From the NCBI RefSeq assembly GCF_009914755.1, contig NC_060931.1: a DNA stretch of 64,000 nt. The stretch is one strand, 5' to 3'. This document shows positions 56,974-64,000 of this stretch, piece after piece (the stretch's first letter is position 1; each line of letters begins with the position of its first letter). A program made the translations under genes and the position numbers. A model generated the notes under the pieces. It made no database searches. It saw only the letters and a program-made list of their open reading frames with translations, and had not been told where the DNA came from. The stretch comes from the human T2T-CHM13v2.0 reference genome, Homo sapiens.

Positions 56974-58889
56974 AAAGCTTTGCACTTTTTCAAACAGAGG
57001 AATAATTATATTAAAAACCGTCGTCATCTTTTCATCAGAGTAGTACAATAAACCATGAATGCAAAGGCACTGCCTACATCCCTCTCTTGTTTAAAAAATC
57101 ACCCACAAACCAATTCCTCAATATGACTACTACTAAAAATGTGTCTTATGCTTCCAAATTATTTGCCTCTCTATCTATTTGTCTATACAATTCCATGCTG
57201 TATATTATTTCAGTATGCAAACAGGAATGGAGCAGAAATATATTATAAATCTAATCTGTGAGTCCGTTTTATTTCTAGTTTTGCTGTTGCTGTAAGATAA
57301 ATCACATAGACCTAACAAGAATTATCCATGCATTTCCTCAGCCATTCCTACTGTACTTTCTATACCTTTAATTTTTAGCATATTAAGCTGATATTAAAAG
57401 AATTTTGCAAACTGGCATTAAATGAGTCACTAACAAAATTCACTTTATAAGAGTAACATGAAGAGAGTGTGAGAAGACAGGAGAGGAAAATAAAGGAGAA
57501 GGGAGAAGAGGGGAGGGTAGAGAGAATGGAATATGTTAAAAATTGGTATTAGCCAGAGGGCTCCTACAGAGAAATGAGAGCTTGAAGATGTAGACAGACT
57601 AATGCTCTTCAGCATCCTACAAGCAAAGTGTCGGGTATAAGGATAAGTAGTGGATGCAACTACATTACTCATAAGGCAAAACATATTTTGAACAGAAGTC
57701 CATAGGCCAAGAAGGCAAGGTTGCTTAAAAAGAACTAGATTTGTTACTGCCTCTGGGAAAAACAGAAATCCTATTGACTATGTAAAAGCAAGCATTTCCT
57801 GCAGTCTTATGATTTTACAGCTATTCTCTCAGGTTTCAGAGAAAGTAAATATACATGTATTTTGAACAATAGAAGTTTAAAAATAACTTATTTAGAAGAG
57901 CTTTTCTTTCCTGAAATAGAATAAATATGCCAAGCAAGCATCTTTGGGGGGCTAGGGGGTTGGTTTGAAAGCATTAATGCTCATAAATACACATGATAGT
58001 CATTATTTTTTTGTCACAATAGCTTAATTTACCTGTTCAAAGACACTTTTCAAAATCTGTGTCACTAAAAGAAGAACATGATATGCTGCAGAAATAAAAT
58101 TTATCTTGTTACTTGTTTTTTTACTTTATCACTGACAACTCCACTGGTTACTATGGAATAAAAAATTTGATTGCAATAGGGAAACTTCATAGATTGTCCT
58201 TCAATAAGCATAGCCATGGGCCTTTTTTTATTACTATGTTTAAACTACTTGGTGAAAACTAGTGAAAAGGCCATTTTAATATTGAACGTGTTCTGACCCG
58301 GAATCAAAAGTCTAAATTCTTCTCGGAGTTTATATATGGATGCTATATATCATCTTCTAAGAGATATCTATTTATATATTTTTCCAAAAATAACAAAATG
58401 CTATGCACATCAGACCAAAGCGTATTTGAATTTAGCCATGACTTGAACTATGAATCTTTGTTCTTCTTGCTATGTAGAAAACACTGGCTGTCCATCAGGA
58501 AGGCTAACAGGCAAAGGGGCAGTATGATGCCATTCAAGAAGCACTAGTCTGCAAGACAGGAAATGAGGGACAAGGGACTCCTTGACTCTATTCCTAATAG
58601 TGTTGTCTTTGTTGAGTGCACCTACATTTTGCCTCACATTAGTTCTGAGCTATATTAAAAAAGTATTTCTTTCATACCCAGAAACAGTATAATTTTTGTG
58701 TACCCCCTACCAAGTAAAACAGAAGTATATTCAGCTTTAATAAACTCCAAGTTAGCAAGAATGAGAGATGGTTGTGTATGCATATGACCAATAAGCATGA
58801 GACTCAATCCATAAGTATTAATTAGTTCTATAATAATTACTGTGAAAGGCAATCTGGTATCGTTGGAAATAGAACTAGATTTGATAACA

Positions 58890-59085
58890 ACCAAACCTAG
58901 GTTGATTCTAGTTTTCACACTTTTTGGGTGTGAGCTTTGACAGATTCCTCAAATTTCTGGGCCTCAACTGGTGACACAGACTTAGCAGTATCTACCTTCT
59001 GTGTTGATATAATGATTAAATAAAATAAATGATTTATGCAATATGCCTCACACATAGTAAGTGTTCCAAAAATCATTATTTTTGT
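58890..59085 (+). mobile_element. MIR SINE
   Basis: tgtgagctttgacagattcctcaaatttctgggcctca...tatctacct...gcctcacacatagtaagtgttc. Confidence 0.65.
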
Positions 59086-60656
59086 ACTAAAAAACCTCTG
59101 AAGCCTCACAGTAACTGATAGTTGCATGGTCTTCTTTCAAAAAAAAAAACCTCAGTTACCTGCTATTTATTTCATCCCCATTGGAAATTTGCAAAGAGCT
59201 TGGTGGTTATTCATTCCACGACTGAGACAAGAAGCTGAAGAACATCCCTTTATACAGAGATTATCATACCTTGTGCCTTGTGACTGTGCCACTCTGGCTA
59301 GCATTTGATTGGTCTATAACCTTTTGACTGTGGAAAGAGTTAATAGTCTATGGCTCAGTGTAGGGATATAACAGGAGCACAAAAGAGGCATTTATATTCC
59401 TTTTTTGAGTAATTTTGAATATAATACCCATAGCCACGTTTCTTTTTCATCCTATTTCCCATTATATCCTCACAATAAGTCCCCATGCATTGCATTGCCT
59501 GAGTATGTCTCTGTTCAGTACAACCAGAAAGATAATATATAACACAGCTTTCCACTTTGTATCTAAGTGATATTGTTCACAGGGAACATTTCTCCTGTAA
59601 AGAATCATGTATAAGTTATCATCATCCACTTTATTCCCAAGAAATAGAACAGCACTATTGAGAATTCCCCCAGAAGCACAAGAACTAGGAATATGAAGGA
59701 TAAAACTGTCCACTGGACCAACTTCCCGATAAAATTGCTATTTAAGTATCTAATGCTTATCCTGTTGAGTAGCATAGTAAATGGTTAATTGGGGAGAAAT
59801 TGATGAACAGTTTAGTTTTGAAGTGTAATGGTTGCAAAATTAAGTACAATGCCACTAAGTAGAAATTTTAGGCATAATCACTTTCAAGGGAGATAAAATT
59901 TTCAAATAGCCACTTTAGTAGCTTACTTAATTCATGTTTATAAAATATGTTGAAGATGAAAAGCACCATTTAAATGCTAGAGTATCCTCTAATGTGCCTC
60001 AAATAATTTAATTTATGTGCAAAGTGACAATTACGATATTTCAATTAAATAGTAACAGGGGGTAATGGTCTAATGTTTTGATGACAGACACAGTCACTGA
60101 TAGTAACTGGAATCAGGTTCTAAGTTGGCTGGTCATGGGCAACCTCTTGTATTTTCCTGATCATATTGAATAAAATTTTGTTTTCATGGGAATTAAAAAA
60201 ATATGATTAGAGTGTTTAAATTTGGTCTGGCATTCTAAAAATCTGTGTTAATTGATTTCACAAGAGCTAATCAACTATCTTTTTTGATTGTTAAGTTAAA
60301 GAAGTTAATCATTGTCTTAACCGTTAAGGCATGAGATAATGTATACATATATGCATGGATAAGTTCTATTTTATCATCAGAGTAAAATTACTATAGTCAT
60401 TTATGTGCCTTTATATACATATGTATACATCTATATACATACATACGTACACATATATATGAATATGCAAAACAATGATTTAAAACAAAATGTAAAAAGT
60501 TGTGTAAGCTATGATATTGTGTTTATTAGTGGTAGATTTATCAAAAGACTCTTCAATGAATTTCATGTAGATACTTAACTATAGCATTAATGCATTATAT
60601 CATAAATCTGCAAAGCAATAATTATCTACATCCCAGCCTTACTTAACAATGCACTT

Positions 60657-60775
60657 GGCTGAGTGCAGTGTCTCATGCCTGTAATCCCAGCACTTTGGGA
60701 GGCTGAGTGGGGCAGATTGCTTGAGCTCAGAAGTTCAAGACCAGTCTGGGCAACATGGTGAAACCTCGTCTCTAC

Positions 60776-60822
<47 letters not shown>

Positions 60823-60989
60823 GCCAGGTGTGGTAGCAAGTGGCTGTAGTCCCAGCTACTCAGGAGATTGAGGTAGAAAGATCGCTTGAGCCTGGGAGGT
60901 TAAGGCTACAGTGAGCTGAGATTGCACCACTGCACTCCAGCTTCGGTGACAGAGCAAGACTTTGTCTCTTAAAAATAAAATTAAAAAAA
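60657..60989 (+). mobile_element. AluJ-type SINE with an expanded central (TAAA)n
   Basis: ttgcttgagctcagaagttcaagaccagtctgggcaacatgg; ~11 TAAA units at 60776-60822; gatcgcttgagcctgggagg. Confidence 0.92.
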
Positions 60990-61099
60990 GGATCCACTTA
61001 GAAGGAAATAGACCTGTATCTAAACTGAATCATTGAGTTTTTTAATCCTTAGCTCATTATGATTGATTCACAACTTCAGTGGTAAATCAGAGTCTTTGC

Positions 61100-61640
61100 C
61101 ACCCACCCATCTATCCATCTTTCCATCCATCCATTCCCTCACTCAACAAATTATCATTGAAACCTTTTTATGTGTCCTGGATACTCTGCTAAATTTAGAG
61201 AATGCAAAGAAATTTATATGTCATCTTCCACCCAAAACAATTTGCTCTCCAGGGAATAGGATCCATAAATAGATTAAGTAAACCAATACATTAAATTGTG
61301 AAAATAGTACATGCACTGGATTTTATGGGAGAATTGATGAAATATTCCAGCCAAGTCTGGGAAAGAATACAGAAGGCTCTCTAGAGTGTGTTTCCTGAAT
61401 AAAGTATTAAAAGATAAGTAGCTCTTAGCCAAGGGAAGTGAGGAAAGTATGTAGTGGTTATATGCCAGTGAGATGGAGCAGTTTTATGAAAGATGAAGGG
61501 AAGACAGAGCATTAAGTTTGAATATGCTATTGTGGTGTGTTTTGGAAAAGGTACTACTAGGTGATGAGTTTAGGAGAGAGGCAGGGATCATGTCATGATG
61601 GACCTGGCAGGCTAAGCTAAGGAATGTGGCTATAATAAAA
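61100..61640 (-). mobile_element. L2 3' region
   Basis: A CCAT/CATT tail followed by caacaaattatcattgaaacc...tgtgtcctggatactctgcta is the antisense L2 3' end. Confidence 0.6.
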
Positions 61641-62779
61641 TAAGTCAGGAGGGGCCACAGTTTTTTTCTGCTTAAATGACAACTTGTCCCATATTTTCTC
61701 TGTACAAGAGCATTCAATTCCCTGCAATCATTGACATACATTTGTTTCCATGGCTATAATTAATAGACTGTGGCTCACCAGAAAGTGTACATAAAGGGAT
61801 CTAGACATGAAGTTACTTTTCACATTTACTAAAAGCGATGACCATCATAAGGGGCTATGTAGTGCCCTTAAGCAATGTCTCTAAGATGTCAACCTAATGA
61901 CCTTACCATTTAGCTACATCAGGTGCCAGTACATAATAGATACAAACATGCATACTTAACCTGCACTAACAGATTCTTCAAACTAACTGATGGCCAACTT
62001 CAGTGGTAGAATTGAGACTGTAAATTATACTAGGTAAAACAATGAATTTCTATCCTGAAGAATTAGGCATTATATATTACAGAAGGTGGCCTTTTTCAGC
62101 ACCTGGAAGCACATTTTCATTAGGCTACTTCCTCACTCACTCCCAAGGAAACAGAAAACTGTAGTTAACTTTTAGAATAACTTAACTGTAAAAATCCTTA
62201 GGGTAAGAGGAAAATTCCAATAGTAATTGGCATCATAATTACCTAAGATATCTATACATTAAGTCAGGATCTGAGATTAGCAGAATAAATTAAAAGGAAA
62301 TGGAAGTTCATTCCAAGTTATGTCTTATATTCTGAGTTATTTTACTCTTAATTGGGGAAGCCATTGCCTTCTGTACCACATGGCATTCCAATTAATCTTC
62401 TGGTAGTGTGTAAGTAATGTGCATGTTAGTTCCACTTATGGGATGATAATATATCATAAACAGCTAAAATTGTCTAGAAATAAGGCAAGCAGCTTCATTT
62501 CATGACCTTTTAATTTCTGTCAAGCTAAAATATCCTACAGGGAATTAATTCATTTCCACATCTGGAAAATGCTGAGTACACGTACCAGTTAATTTTTGTG
62601 GCGAAGAAACTTATTGAGATGTAAAATTGTGAGTGTGTGGGAGGGTATACTATGTTATTTCAGTGTTTGGGAACCCCCCCATTAATCTCCAATCCCCAGA
62701 AAGGTTTTCCTCCTCTTTGTTTCAGGAGCTCTTTCAAGCCCAAAGCATGTACTACTAGCTATTGTTAGGACAACCACAC

Positions 62780-62925
62780 ATCTCACTTTTCCCGGGACAT
62801 TACAACAGTGCTGTTGATGACAGTTTTACCTCCCCACTCCCCTACCAGGTTTTCCTGGGAACATATCCTAAGAAAATGCTTTAATACAAATCAGGGTCTC
62901 TTTCTGAGGAGCCTAATCTAAGACG
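62780..62925 (+). mobile_element. Possible ancient ERVL LTR (LTR16/LTR33-type) 3' fragment
   Basis: Ends cagggtctctttctgaggagcctaatctaagac, resembling the ERVL LTR terminus. Short and degraded. Confidence 0.35.
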
Positions 62926-64000
62926 GACAGCTATATGTGTTGCATTCTCAGGATTGCTAATAGCTCCTCCCCGAAAAGGCCCTGATTTAAAAAGCTATTT
63001 ATTCAGGCATTCAAGCTACTACAAAAAGATAACTTTTTGAGGACATTATTCTATGTTCCCAAAAAAGATATGGAAAATGATAAACAAGTGGGTATGGTGT
63101 GGGAAACCTAACATGATGATGGACAAGAGATTTTCCAACCAGTGGGCCTGATCTAAGGTCTGTGGTTTCCAAGACAAGTACGATAATGTGCAGGGTCCTT
63201 GCAATACCCTGGAGGGGATGGAGGACATTGGTTATTTACTGTGACTAAAGGCTTGATGCTAGCTGTCAGGGTGTCTGTTCTTATAAAAATCTTCTATTCA
63301 CGGAAACAGCAGAGACCAACCTGACTGTATAGGCTATGCCAGTTTGGACAACGTTCCTATCAGCAAACAGCCAGTACTAAAGCATGAAGCTATTGGAGAC
63401 TGGGCTTCATATGGCCCCGAGCTGTGTATGTCTCAGCCCTAATAATGATCAACATTAAATTTTCCATTAACACCAATGGATGGAAATAAGTCACATTTAA
63501 TTAAATTTAAATAACATAAAGTAACATGAGCTTTTTCTGAATATCCAAGCTTGTGGCTACAGATTTATAACATCACATTTTACAGAATTGTATAATAAAG
63601 CTAATAATTATTAAATTTCTCTTTAAGTTTTAGTTATAACTTCTTAAGAACCCAGAAGGACCACCAAATAATTTTTGTATTTATTTGAAGCTTGTGAAAT
63701 GAATCTAATTTCTAGTCTTAAAATGTGAATAATATTCAGGATCATTTTGATGTTAACTTCCAGTGATCTCAAAATAATATCCATGAAAGTGAGCCAAATA
63801 TTTCAGGAGCATAAATGCATAGACAGAATGTGATTAGATTTGTAGGATTTCAAATTGAGTATTAACAATTAAATTACAATCACCATGCTATCATGCATTC
63901 ATAGATCAAAAAAATTACATATAGGGCTGAAGTAAAATATTAGATTCACCTTTATTTAATGGAGATATAAATTAAGTCATATGAACAGGATGATATTAAA

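Overview
This window is AT-rich primate genomic DNA, most likely human or another great ape given its AluY, L1PA and HERV-W LTR17 elements. It reads as intergenic or deep-intronic sequence dominated by transposable elements. I find no supportable cellular protein-coding gene, RNA gene, CpG island or CRISPR-like array. The long ORFs in the track are fragments of a broken L1PA ORF2 (8402-12212, minus strand); the others I examined are L1/Alu remnants, AT/TG low-complexity artefacts or short ORFs with no recognisable product. The elements include several L1 generations, nine Alus, three solo ERV1 LTRs (MER50-, MER51- and LTR17-like), a MER47-type Tigger MITE, and L2/MIR relics. I cannot support a new biological system here. 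The most unusual signal is a dense set of local rearrangement scars: a 182-bp copy of nearby DNA inserted inside a MITE terminal inverted repeat; a ~520-bp fold-back inverted duplication with a patchwork spacer; a palindromic AT-rich minisatellite expanded inside a tandem duplication with a hairpin junction; three 5'-inverted (twin-primed) L1s within 6 kb; and two tandem duplications of unique DNA. Subfamily names come from my recollection of consensus sequences and should be confirmed with RepeatMasker/Dfam. Boundaries of old elements are approximate.
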